Assembly: GCA_001794055.1 (NCBI GenBank)
Contig: MGJB01000006.1
Span: 26,168 to 90,167 of the forward strand
Origin: Candidatus Yanofskybacteria bacterium RIFCSPHIGHO2_01_FULL_41_26
GTDB lineage: Bacteria > Patescibacteriota > Minisyncoccia > 2-02-FULL-40-12 > GWA2-44-9
Direction: 5' to 3'
DNA length: 64,000 nt
In this document: in pieces, positions 1-8,837 of the stretch
Position numbering within the stretch: the first letter of the stretch is position 1
How the letters are laid out: each line of letters opens with the position of its first letter
Notes under the pieces: model-generated
Told to the model about the DNA's origin: nothing
The model's database searches: none
The model's input: the letters and a program-made list of their open reading frames with translations, nothing else
Program-made: the position numbers and the translations under genes

Positions 1-121
1 AGGAGTTAACATTGAAAATCACGGATTGGCCGACAGTATCAGCAGCCGACACACCGGAGAAAACAAAAAAGAACACCGTCAATGCCACAACCACAAAAAT
101 CTTGGATCTTAAAAGATTCAT
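1..121 (-). CDS. Secreted/exported protein, N-terminal part (runs off window start)
   Basis: ATG at 121 reads MNLLRSKIFVVVALTVFFFVFSGVSAADTVGQSVIFNVNS, a signal peptide; TATAAT 7 nt upstream. Confidence 0.7.
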   Translation of the reverse strand, partial: MNLLRSKIFVVVALTVFFFVFSGVSAADTVGQSVIFNVNS

Positions 122-134
122 TATATACATTATA
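122..134 (-). promoter_or_regulatory. -10 box of probable leaderless promoter
   Basis: TATAAT (134-129), then 7 nt, then ATG; no SD. Confidence 0.55.
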
Positions 135-154
135 TACAATTGTGAGGCAAAACA

Positions 155-1123
155 CTAACGAATTTTTTTTCTTTTCTGAACGATAATGTCTTTATTGTGC
201 TTAGACACGTCTTCGATCGTAAGACCCTGCCAGTTGAGCAGTTCCACGTTATAATCTCTGGCCGATTCTAAAACAGAAATTCCCTTTTTCAATATTTGGA
301 CAAAATCTTTGTTTGTTTTTCTTTTTTCAAGGTCTTTTGCAAGCGAGTTCGTAAAAGAAATGAAAGCATTCATATCTTTCGGAAAACAGTATCCTCCGGC
401 TCCGCAATAATTACCATGTGCAACGTTCAACCAAGATGGGCCGATCCTCAAGTCAGCCCCAATAAGTTCCTTGATTTTATCATAATTAACTTCCGTTTTA
501 TCTTTTAATGTCAAAGCGTGCGATACATCTGCGAGAATATTTCCGTAAATTACTTTGAGGAATCCGAAAACATTGCTTGCGTATTTACCCATTTCGGCTT
601 CAGTGGAATTGACAGATTTTTTGGAATAATCCGATGTCCAAGGACGGATAAAATTTTTACAGGGAAGTAAATTCAAAACCTCTACTGCATCTTGTGAAGA
701 CTTAGCGGTAGTTCCTATTATCTGTCGATCAGGGGATAAGAAATCTTCCCAGGCCTGCGACTCGGTTAAGAATTCGGGATTGAAAATAAATCTTTTTTTG
801 GGATATTTATTTTGCAAATGTTGAACTGTCCCCGGGGTCACGGTAGATTTAATGACAACAATCTTTCCGTCTTTGATGGTCGCTACAGCATTTTGAACAA
901 TGGAGACATTACAACTGCCATCGCTGTTGGGCGGAGTCGGTACAGCAACAAAAACAATCTCGGCACTGTTGACATCGTCAAAATATCCCTTTTTTGGATC
1001 AGCATCATAACAAAAAAGATCCTTACCTCTTTTGTAACCGTTAATCTCTTCAAACCATTTCCGTATCGGTTCTCCCACCATTCCAATACCGATAATGCCA
1101 ATTTTGAGTGAAGAATTTTTCAT
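155..1123 (-). CDS. ugd: UDP-glucose/GDP-mannose dehydrogenase family protein (short form)
   Basis: GIGMVG Rossmann motif, VAVPTP, KSTVTPG, FNPEFL, catalytic GGYCFPKD. Confidence 0.85.
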   Translation of the reverse strand: MKNSSLKIGIIGIGMVGEPIRKWFEEINGYKRGKDLFCYDADPKKGYFDDVNSAEIVFVAVPTPPNSDGSCNVSIVQNAVATIKDGKIVVIKSTVTPGTVQHLQNKYPKKRFIFNPEFLTESQAWEDFLSPDRQIIGTTAKSSQDAVEVLNLLPCKNFIRPWTSDYSKKSVNSTEAEMGKYASNVFGFLKVIYGNILADVSHALTLKDKTEVNYDKIKELIGADLRIGPSWLNVAHGNYCGAGGYCFPKDMNAFISFTNSLAKDLEKRKTNKDFVQILKKGISVLESARDYNVELLNWQGLTIEDVSKHNKDIIVQKRKKIR

Positions 1124-1173
1124 AATGTAAAAACAATATCAATTCTTGATTTTTATTGCAAATTTAGTATAAT
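1124..1173. promoter_or_regulatory. Overlapping divergent sigma70 promoters (ugd and priming transferase)
   Basis: Minus: TTGCAA-17-TATTGT, 9 nt before ATG 1123; plus: TTGATT(1146)-16-TATAAT(1168). Confidence 0.55.
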
Positions 1174-1193
1174 TTACGTCAGATAATTAACTT

Positions 1194-2507
1194 ATGAAAA
1201 AATTCCTAATCTTCCTCTCGGATGCCGCAATTCTTTACGTTTCCTTGGTTCTGACCCTTTTCATCAGATACCCGGATAATTTTCAGGGACAATATTGGAT
1301 ACACATATATCCGTTCTCTTTGATTTTTATTTTATGGCTTTTGGTTTTTTATATTGCAAATCTATATGAACCAAAATTGCTTAGAAACAATATTCACTTT
1401 TATTCGGCTCTTTTCCAAACAATTACCATAACCGCTGTAATTTCCGTATTGTTCTTCTATGTAATTCCGCTTTATGGAATCACGCCAAAAACTAATTTGT
1501 TGATTTTCCTGGCTATTTTCACCGGACTGGAATTTACAAATCGTTCTCTTTCTAACAACATTTTACAAAAAGGTTTCAAAAAATCTGTGCTGATTGTGGG
1601 AACTAACAATCAGTCTCTTGAACTTGATGTGTTTATAAAAGAGAATCCCCAACTTGGTTACGAAATTAAATCTGTGCTAGATACTTTTTCAGACAAACTC
1701 AAAAACATGAACCAAATAATTTACGAGGAAAAAATAGACACGATTGTTTTAAGTCCGGAAGCATATCAAGCTCCTGAAATAATAGACATTTTTTATAAGT
1801 CTCTTGAACAGAAAGTCAGTTTTATGAATCTTGCTTTTTTTTATGAACGATTGACGGGCATGGTTCCCCTGGGAGCGATCAACCAAATTTGGTTCCTGGA
1901 AAACTTAAATGAGGGAAATAAAAGGGCGTACGAAATAGTTAAACGCGGAAGCGATTTGGTGTTTGCTATTATTCTCGGCGTGTTGAGTCTTTTATTTTAT
2001 CCGCTTATTATCTTCTTGATAAAAACAACTTCACGGGGACCGATCTTTTATAAGCAGAACAGGGTGGGCCAAGCGGGTAAGATTTTCAAAATAATCAAAT
2101 TCAGAACAATGAATCAAGATGCTGAAAAGAATACCGGCGCTGTTTGGGCTTCAAATGACGATCCCAGAATAACCAAAATAGGAAGATTTATGCGCAAGGC
2201 AAGAATAGATGAATTGCCTCAATTGTGGAATATCCTGAAAGGACAGATGGCGTTCATAGGACCAAGAGCGGAAAGACCAGAGTTTAACGAACAATTAAAA
2301 ACAGTCCCCTTCTATGAAGAAAGATATCTGATAAAACCGGGCCTTTCCGGCTGGGCTCAAATAAACTTCCGATATGGTTCATCGATTACCGATGCAGCTG
2401 AAAAATTAAAATATGATTTATATTACATCAAAAACAGATCTTTGATCTTAGACCTAGGGATAGCACTGAAAACCATCCGAATCATGTTCCAGAGGTCGGG
2501 AAAATAA
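1194..2507 (+). CDS. Polyprenyl-phosphate glycosylphosphotransferase (priming sugar transferase, WcaJ/WbaP family)
   Basis: N-terminal TM helices; C-terminal KFRTM, DPRITKIG, RIDELPQLWN, GPRAE, KPGLSGWAQ, DLYYI. Confidence 0.93.
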   Translation: MKKFLIFLSDAAILYVSLVLTLFIRYPDNFQGQYWIHIYPFSLIFILWLLVFYIANLYEPKLLRNNIHFYSALFQTITITAVISVLFFYVIPLYGITPKTNLLIFLAIFTGLEFTNRSLSNNILQKGFKKSVLIVGTNNQSLELDVFIKENPQLGYEIKSVLDTFSDKLKNMNQIIYEEKIDTIVLSPEAYQAPEIIDIFYKSLEQKVSFMNLAFFYERLTGMVPLGAINQIWFLENLNEGNKRAYEIVKRGSDLVFAIILGVLSLLFYPLIIFLIKTTSRGPIFYKQNRVGQAGKIFKIIKFRTMNQDAEKNTGAVWASNDDPRITKIGRFMRKARIDELPQLWNILKGQMAFIGPRAERPEFNEQLKTVPFYEERYLIKPGLSGWAQINFRYGSSITDAAEKLKYDLYYIKNRSLILDLGIALKTIRIMFQRSGK

Positions 2508-2588
2508 AATAACCAAGTTGTTTGACAAAATTTAAAAAAACTGTAATATAAGAATATTATCTCTCGGGCACCCCAAGGGAGACCAAGA

Positions 2589-3158
2589 ATGGTTCGTTTA
2601 AAATTATTCGCAATCTTCATTGTTTTATACTGTTTTGCAAACATAATAGTTGATCTTAAATTATACAGTTGTGTGGGTCCAGCAGTTGTCGTTTCAGATG
2701 TTTATGCCAACAAAATCAAGGTGGCAAGAGATTTATTTATAAAGCCAATAAATTTCCCTGAACCAAAATACCGTATAAAAATTACGCAATGCTACAACGC
2801 TTGGGCGAGTTACCAAGACAACACAATCGTCATATCCGAACCCGTTATAAAAAATTTCTCGACGAAAGAATTAGCCGGCATACTAGGACATGAATTGGCT
2901 CATATTCAAGCAGATAAACAAAAAGTAAGCGTAGCAGATCAAATTGATAATCACTGGAAAATAGATGTCATGGGAGCAGAATTAACAAGCAAGGAGGTTA
3001 TGATAAAAAAGTTAAATAGAATGTTGGAAGAGAATGACAATCTTTTTAAAACCAACGGGTTTTTGATGTATTATTTTCCACTTTCTTATCTAGAACATAC
3101 GCTATCCAGAGATGATTTTATGTTCAGAATAAAAAAGGTAAATGATCATTTTAAATAA
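2589..3158 (+). CDS. M48-family zinc metallopeptidase-like protein
   Basis: N-terminal hydrophobic segment; NAWA and ELAGILGHELAH (HExxH); SD AAGGGAG; TTGACA at 2522. Confidence 0.7.
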   Translation: MVRLKLFAIFIVLYCFANIIVDLKLYSCVGPAVVVSDVYANKIKVARDLFIKPINFPEPKYRIKITQCYNAWASYQDNTIVISEPVIKNFSTKELAGILGHELAHIQADKQKVSVADQIDNHWKIDVMGAELTSKEVMIKKLNRMLEENDNLFKTNGFLMYYFPLSYLEHTLSRDDFMFRIKKVNDHFK

Positions 3159-3162
3159 TTTG

Positions 3163-3190
3163 GTGCCGTGAAACGGCATTTTTTATTTTT
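3163..3190 (+). terminator. Intrinsic terminator after M48 gene
   Basis: GTGCCGT-GAA-ACGGCAT followed by T-tract. Confidence 0.8.
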
Positions 3191-3249
3191 TGCGCAAGTT
3201 ATCAACAAAAAATATTTCAGAAAAAGATTTTTTGCTCTATGATAAAAAT

Positions 3250-3792
3250 ATGTTGCCTACAAAAATATTTTTTACCAAAGGTTCCGGAACGCACAAAGAA
3301 TATCTCGCTTCATTTGAACTTGCTTTGCGCGCCGCCGGGATTGCTCAATATAATTTAGTTCCCGTATCAAGTATTTATCCGCCCAATGTTAAAAAAGTAA
3401 CCAGGGACGAAGGAATTAAATTGCTTCCGCCAGGTTCGGTTGTACATGCCGTCATTGCTCGCAATGCAACTAATGAACCCAACCGTTTAATTTCGGCCTC
3501 AATAGGTGTTGCCATACCCCAGGATTTTAACCAGTATGGCTATCTATCTGAACATCATCCGTTCGGAGAAACCGATGAAAAAGCCGGCGATTATGCAGAA
3601 GATCTGGCCGCACAAATGCTGGCAACCACCCTAGGAATAGAATTTGACCCAAACACCGCCTGGGATGAAAGAGAACAACTGTTTAAGGCCTCGGAGCAGA
3701 TATTCAAGACAACAAATTATACTCAATCGGCCATCGGCAACAAAGACGGCTTATGGACAACCGTGGTTGCCGCGGCAATATTAATAGAGTAA
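3250..3792 (+). CDS. pdaD: Pyruvoyl-dependent arginine decarboxylase
   Basis: [25 protein letters not shown] (Ser-Ser self-cleavage site), [15 protein letters not shown]; TATGAT 6 nt before ATG 3250. Confidence 0.9.
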   Translation: MLPTKIFFTKGSGTHKEYLASFELALRAAGIAQYNLVPVSSIYPPNVKKVTRDEGIKLLPPGSVVHAVIARNATNEPNRLISASIGVAIPQDFNQYGYLSEHHPFGETDEKAGDYAEDLAAQMLATTLGIEFDPNTAWDEREQLFKASEQIFKTTNYTQSAIGNKDGLWTTVVAAAILIE

Positions 3793-3805
3793 TAGAAATT
3801 AGAAA

Positions 3806-4531
3806 TTAATCCGCCAGCTGGCAGATTAGAAATTTAAGCTTCCAAGGAAGCTTGATTGACTCCCATATTATCTTGGATGACATCTTGGACTGCCCCTCTC
3901 TGCGCTCACTGAACACAATAGGATGTTCCATAAATTTTGAGCTAACCTTAAAAAGCCTGTATTTTAATTCCACCAAAAAAGCATATCCGCTTGAATTTAT
4001 CTTATCCAAGTTTATTTTTTTCAATGCATCCGCACGGTAAGCATTAAAACCGGATGTGGCATCTGTCACAGGAAGACCTAGGATAATTTTTACATATAGA
4101 TTGGCGGCTCTACTTAAAATTCTTCTGAAAAAATTCCAATTTTTTACTCCCCCGCCTTTTACATATCGAGACCCGATTACAACATCAAAGTTATCAAGTC
4201 TTTCTAATAGTGCGGGTATCTCTTTATAATCATGGGAGAAATCCGCATCCATTGTCACTATTTGATTGTAATTTTTTTCTAAAATCCACCTAAACCCCGC
4301 TAGGCTTGAACGGCCATAACTAAAATTACTATCTCTTTCCAAAAGAAACAGCTTCTTAAAATTAACGGTCATAGATTTAATTAATTCTCGTGTACCGTCA
4401 GAAGAATTATCATCCACAACCAAAACGGAAACATCCGGCAATAAATTAAAAATCGCCGGAACAAGATTTTTCAAGTTCTCTCTCTCGTTAAGGGTTGGTA
4501 TTAAAATTATACTTTTGAAATAAATACTCAT
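3806..4531 (-). CDS. Polyprenol monophosphomannose synthase-like GT2 (DPM1 family)
   Basis: IPTLNEREN, VVDDNSSDGT, MDADFSH, GSRYVKGG, DATSGF, FSERREGQSK. Confidence 0.88.
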   Translation of the reverse strand: MSIYFKSIILIPTLNERENLKNLVPAIFNLLPDVSVLVVDDNSSDGTRELIKSMTVNFKKLFLLERDSNFSYGRSSLAGFRWILEKNYNQIVTMDADFSHDYKEIPALLERLDNFDVVIGSRYVKGGGVKNWNFFRRILSRAANLYVKIILGLPVTDATSGFNAYRADALKKINLDKINSSGYAFLVELKYRLFKVSSKFMEHPIVFSERREGQSKMSSKIIWESIKLPWKLKFLICQLAD

Positions 4532-5636
4532 ACACAAACAAAATCACTCCTAAATATAATGGTATTAAATAAACATAAATATTCGACCAATAATTATGGC
4601 CAAAGTAATTCCAGATTGGCAGAAACACAAAGAATGAGTCGATGAAGATTAAAACCATAAACCATTTATATTTTAAAAGATAGCCGACTGAAGCCAGGGC
4701 AAAAAGAGTTGTCATAGGTAGTAAATATTTTGAAAAAGAAAATGTTAAACTGCCCACAATCAAAAAGTTAAGTATTATCGCCAGTATCATTTCCTTCCTC
4801 AACTTTAAGTTTTTATTCCACAGCAGAGAAAAAGCACCGATCACAATGACAAACGGTGATATCATTATTTTACGGAAATGCAAAAGCAAATTAGCGCCAA
4901 CCCTTAAATAACCCTTGATCCCGACGGTAAAGCTTTCTACAAGAGGGGGCGGATTGCCCGTATCAAAATTGCCCTGATAAGAATTTATCGCCGCATTATT
5001 AACCAAGTGTCCTGTTTGGTAATAACTGACACCAAGGTATAGTCCCCCAATGATAAAAGCGACTAAAATCCAGATTAATTTACCAAGGTTCAGCCTTGAT
5101 TCAAGGTTGAACCTTGGAATAAAATCTTTAAAAAACAATGGAAACAAAGTTAACGCAAACGGCTTTACAATTCCCCCTATCGCCCAAGAAATTGGAGTCC
5201 AAGTTTTTTCGTTAGCACTTGCCCAAATGATTAAAAGAACAAAAAACAAAAGCGCTGCTTCCTGAAATCCCCGCATCATGGTTGAGTAAGGATAAGGCAT
5301 CAGCAAAAATAGAATCAGGAAATAAATGCCCGCTTGAGAACTCTGATAAAACTTTTTGCCGACGAAATAGGCCAGCGGAACAGAGAATAGAGAAAATATT
5401 GCTGACATAATAATAATTGAGTTATGGGAATGAGTCAGCCAAAAAACAGGGACAGAAAAAAAAGAAAGTCCTTGAAAACCATAAAACGATTTGAAGTTCA
5501 AATGGCCCCACGCCAACGATTCAGCAAATCCTTCATATTTGACTCCGTCATCCATCATAACCGGAGTCGCCGACAGAAAATAATACAACATTACAGCCAA
5601 GGCAATACCTATCAATAAATACTCTCGTTTAGTCAT
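4488..5636 (-). CDS. Multi-pass GT-C fold (ArnT/PMT-like) glycosyltransferase
   Basis: About 10 TM segments, acidic DD after TM1, KYLLP motif; next to polyprenol-P-sugar synthase. Confidence 0.6.
   Translation of the reverse strand: MTKREYLLIGIALAVMLYYFLSATPVMMDDGVKYEGFAESLAWGHLNFKSFYGFQGLSFFSVPVFWLTHSHNSIIIMSAIFSLFSVPLAYFVGKKFYQSSQAGIYFLILFLLMPYPYSTMMRGFQEAALLFFVLLIIWASANEKTWTPISWAIGGIVKPFALTLFPLFFKDFIPRFNLESRLNLGKLIWILVAFIIGGLYLGVSYYQTGHLVNNAAINSYQGNFDTGNPPPLVESFTVGIKGYLRVGANLLLHFRKIMISPFVIVIGAFSLLWNKNLKLRKEMILAIILNFLIVGSLTFSFSKYLLPMTTLFALASVGYLLKYKWFMVLIFIDSFFVFLPIWNYFGHNYWSNIYVYLIPLYLGVILFVYEYLFQKYNFNTNP
5083..5117. repeat. 35-bp nested palindrome (REP/RPE-like) inside coding sequence
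   Basis: CCAAGGTTCAGCCTTGA-T-TCAAGGTTGAACCTTGG: 17-bp arms with 1 mismatch; each arm is itself palindromic. Confidence 0.75.
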
Positions 5637-6957
5637 TTTTAATATTTAGTTTTTTCATAAGGTAAGTAAAAGAAATTAAATGGGAAACTGTAAACCAGAT
5701 AGTTACCATCGCTACCGAACCCCAAAGGCCATAGTTTTTAATAAACCAAAGCCCTAAAGGAATCCCCGCCCCCAATACGACAAGATTAATGAAAATAGAA
5801 ACCTTAACGCTATTAATTGTCCGCCACATCGGACCTAAACCCACTCCGATGCCATACAAAGCACCATACACAATCAAACCAGCAACATAGGGCACACTGG
5901 GCAAAAAGTTTTCTCCATAAAGAATCTTGAAAGCAATCGGAGAAACAATAACAGCTCCAACCGTTAACAGTACCGACAGACCAAGACCACACAAAGAAAC
6001 TTTTTTGAAATTTTCAGCTAATTTTTCCCCATTTTCAATTTGCAATTTAGGAAATTCAACATTTAAAAGTATCGATATCGGGCCAAGCAAACTTAAGGCA
6101 AGATTAACATATCCGAAAGCTAATCTAAAAAAAGAAACTTCGGAGACGGTAACATATATACCAGTAAGAATAACCGGCAAAGCCATGAATAAGTTGCCCA
6201 TATTTCTGTCCAAAGCCACCCAAAAAGTAAATCCGAAATATTTTTTAACACTAACGTTTTTTGCATTAACGATGAGCCGGCGTAAATCTGGAAAAACAGG
6301 ATCTCTCATCCTCAAACTCCGGAACAATAATGCCGAAGAAATAAATATTATCAAGGCCCCAACTAAGTGTCCGCTAACCGCTCCAAAAACTCCAAAACCG
6401 ACAATAATCAAAACCAAAGACAAGCCGGACCTCAACGACTGGTCAGTAACTATCAAACCCGTAAGAGACTTGATCCTGCCGGTAACTTGAAAAGCAGAAT
6501 ATGCAAGGGTAAAAAAGAATGACGACAGAACTACTGCAACAACAATAATGGCCGCATAAATACCAATAACCGAATTACCATATAACTTACTGGCGATACT
6601 CGGCAGAAAAAAACTAAAAACCAAAATAAGCAAAGTGGCCATTGAAGTTATCTTAAACATAAAACCAAGAATACTTTCCACTTCAATCTTATCTTTTTGT
6701 GCATAGGCCCTACCCAGCATGCTTGAAACTGCTTCCTGGATTCCCATACCGATTACCAAAGAAGTTATAGCTGCCAATCCAAAAGCAAGCGAATAAATAC
6801 CTAAAAGCTCCGGCTGTAAAAGCCGGGCAATAACTATTCCAACAACAGCCTGGATAATCGTCCCGCTAAAACTTCCGGTCTGGAGAGTGACAACATTCCT
6901 AATGAACCAATGTTGACGATAATAAAAAAATTTATCTTTCAATCCTGAAAAAACCAT
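5629..6957 (-). CDS. Oligosaccharide flippase (Wzx-like, MOP superfamily)
   Basis: About 12 TM segments; ARLLQPELLGIY, ILYGENF motifs. Confidence 0.82.
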   Translation of the reverse strand: MVFSGLKDKFFYYRQHWFIRNVVTLQTGSFSGTIIQAVVGIVIARLLQPELLGIYSLAFGLAAITSLVIGMGIQEAVSSMLGRAYAQKDKIEVESILGFMFKITSMATLLILVFSFFLPSIASKLYGNSVIGIYAAIIVVAVVLSSFFFTLAYSAFQVTGRIKSLTGLIVTDQSLRSGLSLVLIIVGFGVFGAVSGHLVGALIIFISSALLFRSLRMRDPVFPDLRRLIVNAKNVSVKKYFGFTFWVALDRNMGNLFMALPVILTGIYVTVSEVSFFRLAFGYVNLALSLLGPISILLNVEFPKLQIENGEKLAENFKKVSLCGLGLSVLLTVGAVIVSPIAFKILYGENFLPSVPYVAGLIVYGALYGIGVGLGPMWRTINSVKVSIFINLVVLGAGIPLGLWFIKNYGLWGSVAMVTIWFTVSHLISFTYLMKKLNIKND

Positions 6958-7042
6958 TAAAAAATACTAACATTTTTTAGACACTATTTCAATTAACCTA
7001 ACCGCCAAGTACATTGAACTAAAACAAGATTTAGCCTATAAT
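6958..7042. promoter_or_regulatory. Divergent promoters: leaderless flippase promoter and ABC exporter promoter
   Basis: Minus: TTGAAA-17-TAGTAT-6 nt-ATG 6957; plus: TTGAAC(7014)-17-TATAAT(7037). Confidence 0.65.
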
Positions 7043-7061
7043 CAAAACACCGATTAAAAAT

Positions 7062-8837
7062 ATGGCGATCAACGTCTCTAAAATCACAAAAGCTACCAAA
7101 TTGCTGCTTTTTGCGTTTCGCAATTACAAAAAGCAATTTTTGGTAATGACAATATTGGGGACGATAAGCGGTTTTTTTGAGAGTATTGGTATTGCCGCCG
7201 TTATTCCCCTTTTCTATCTCATGACAAATACCGGACAGTCCGGCACAGATATTATTTCGCGCACGATACAAAATTTTTTTTCTATCAGCCACATACCCCT
7301 TAATCCACCCGCTATTTTGATTTTTATTTTGCTTCTTTTTTGCGCAAAAGCGGTTGTTTATGTTATAGCCAGATATGTAAACACAAAAGTTACGGGCCAC
7401 TACGAAGAAGACGCGAGAAAAGATCTCTTTAGCCGAACGATGCACGCTTCGTGGAGTTTTATTCTCAACCAAAAAGGCGGCCAATTAGAAAGTATCATTC
7501 TGTACGACATTGAAAAGGCAACTTCAATATTGGGCTTAATCACCGGATTAATACTTACGTTCACCACTTTTTTAACATACGCTTTTGTGGCCTTTAGTAT
7601 TTCAGCCAAAACCACGCTTGCGATAATGGCCATCGGCATTATTCTTTTTTTCATTTATAAACCAATTTTTTACGGGATCAGAAAATTATTCCAAGAAGTC
7701 TCAAGACTGCAAAAAGAATCAAACCACCATGTGGGCGAAAGTATAGCCGGCGCTAAAACCATCAAATCGGCAGCGGTTGAGAAGATAGTGATTAACAAGG
7801 CTTCGGATTATTTTGACCGGCTTCGTAGAGCTAAATTAAGCGCCGCAATTTATAAACAATCCACAGTAAGCCTAATTGAGCCATTGGGATTTGCGGTCAT
7901 TGCTTTTTTGTTTATTACAACTTACCATTCCCCATCATTTAACATCGCCCCATTCGCAGTTATCATGTATTTGATCCAACGAATGTTTAATTATTTTAAA
8001 ACGGCTCAAAATCAAATCCATTCAATTAATGAGGCTGTCCCCTACTTAGGGACGATGTTAAATTATCGTAAAAATGTTGTTGGCAGCAGAGAGATCTGGA
8101 ACGGCGATAAACACTTCTCCCTTAACAAAGAGATCGAATTCAGAAATATTGTATTTGGTTATGTTAAAAATCGGAACGTCCTTTCAAGTTTAAATTTCAC
8201 CATTAAGAAAGGCTGTATTACGGGAATTATCGGAATATCCGGCGCCGGAAAAACAACGATTACCGATCTCCTCCTCAGATTATTCCGCCCTATAGATGGT
8301 AAAATTTTTGTTGACGGTATTGACTTGGAAGATATAGACATTAACGACTGGCGTAAAAATATTGGTTATGTGTCACAGGATATTTTCCTTATGAATGAAT
8401 CCATAGAAAACAATATCCGTTTTTATAATGATAAAATGTCCCAAGCCGACATTATCACAGCGGCAAAAGCCGCGAATATTTACGAGACAGTTCAGTTGTT
8501 TCCGGAAAAATTTAAAACGATCGCCGGCGAAAGAGGGGTTAAGTTATCTGGCGGTCAACGTCAAAGAATCGCTCTGGCCAGAGCGTTGGCCCGCAATCCC
8601 AAGTTGCTTATTTTAGATGAGGCCACCAGTTCCATTGATAATGAATCCGAACAATTGATACAAGAGTCTATACAAAATTTAAAAGGCCGAACAACTATTA
8701 TAATCATCGCCCATCGCTCTTCGTCGGTTATGCAGGCTGATAACTTACTCGTGCTGAAAAACGGACAAATTGTTGAACAAGGAAAACCTTCAGACCTTCT
8801 TAACAACGAAACTTCGTATTTTGCTAAAATTAATTAA
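7062..8837 (+). CDS. ABC exporter, fused permease/ATPase (PglK/MsbA-like glycan flippase)
   Basis: TM domain, then Walker A GISGAGKT, LSGGQRQR, ILDEATS, IAHR. Confidence 0.92.
   Translation: MAINVSKITKATKLLLFAFRNYKKQFLVMTILGTISGFFESIGIAAVIPLFYLMTNTGQSGTDIISRTIQNFFSISHIPLNPPAILIFILLLFCAKAVVYVIARYVNTKVTGHYEEDARKDLFSRTMHASWSFILNQKGGQLESIILYDIEKATSILGLITGLILTFTTFLTYAFVAFSISAKTTLAIMAIGIILFFIYKPIFYGIRKLFQEVSRLQKESNHHVGESIAGAKTIKSAAVEKIVINKASDYFDRLRRAKLSAAIYKQSTVSLIEPLGFAVIAFLFITTYHSPSFNIAPFAVIMYLIQRMFNYFKTAQNQIHSINEAVPYLGTMLNYRKNVVGSREIWNGDKHFSLNKEIEFRNIVFGYVKNRNVLSSLNFTIKKGCITGIIGISGAGKTTITDLLLRLFRPIDGKIFVDGIDLEDIDINDWRKNIGYVSQDIFLMNESIENNIRFYNDKMSQADIITAAKAANIYETVQLFPEKFKTIAGERGVKLSGGQRQRIALARALARNPKLLILDEATSSIDNESEQLIQESIQNLKGRTTIIIIAHRSSSVMQADNLLVLKNGQIVEQGKPSDLLNNETSYFAKIN

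Noticed and set aside
155-1123. Short Ugd lacking the C-terminal domain as a pseudogene
   Set aside because: ORF is intact with catalytic Cys/Lys and a promoter, and no downstream remnant is visible; short forms are known.
5927-6490. 187-aa plus-strand ORF and the many other antisense ORFs in the six-frame track (e.g. 6993..7484, 47821..48330, 56635..57075)
   Set aside because: They lie opposite well-supported genes and have no motifs or start signals; shadow ORFs.
8834-8837. Overlapping convergent stop codons (also 42675-42678 and 60081-60104)
   Set aside because: Ordinary for compact AT-rich genomes; noted only as part of the two-class pattern.
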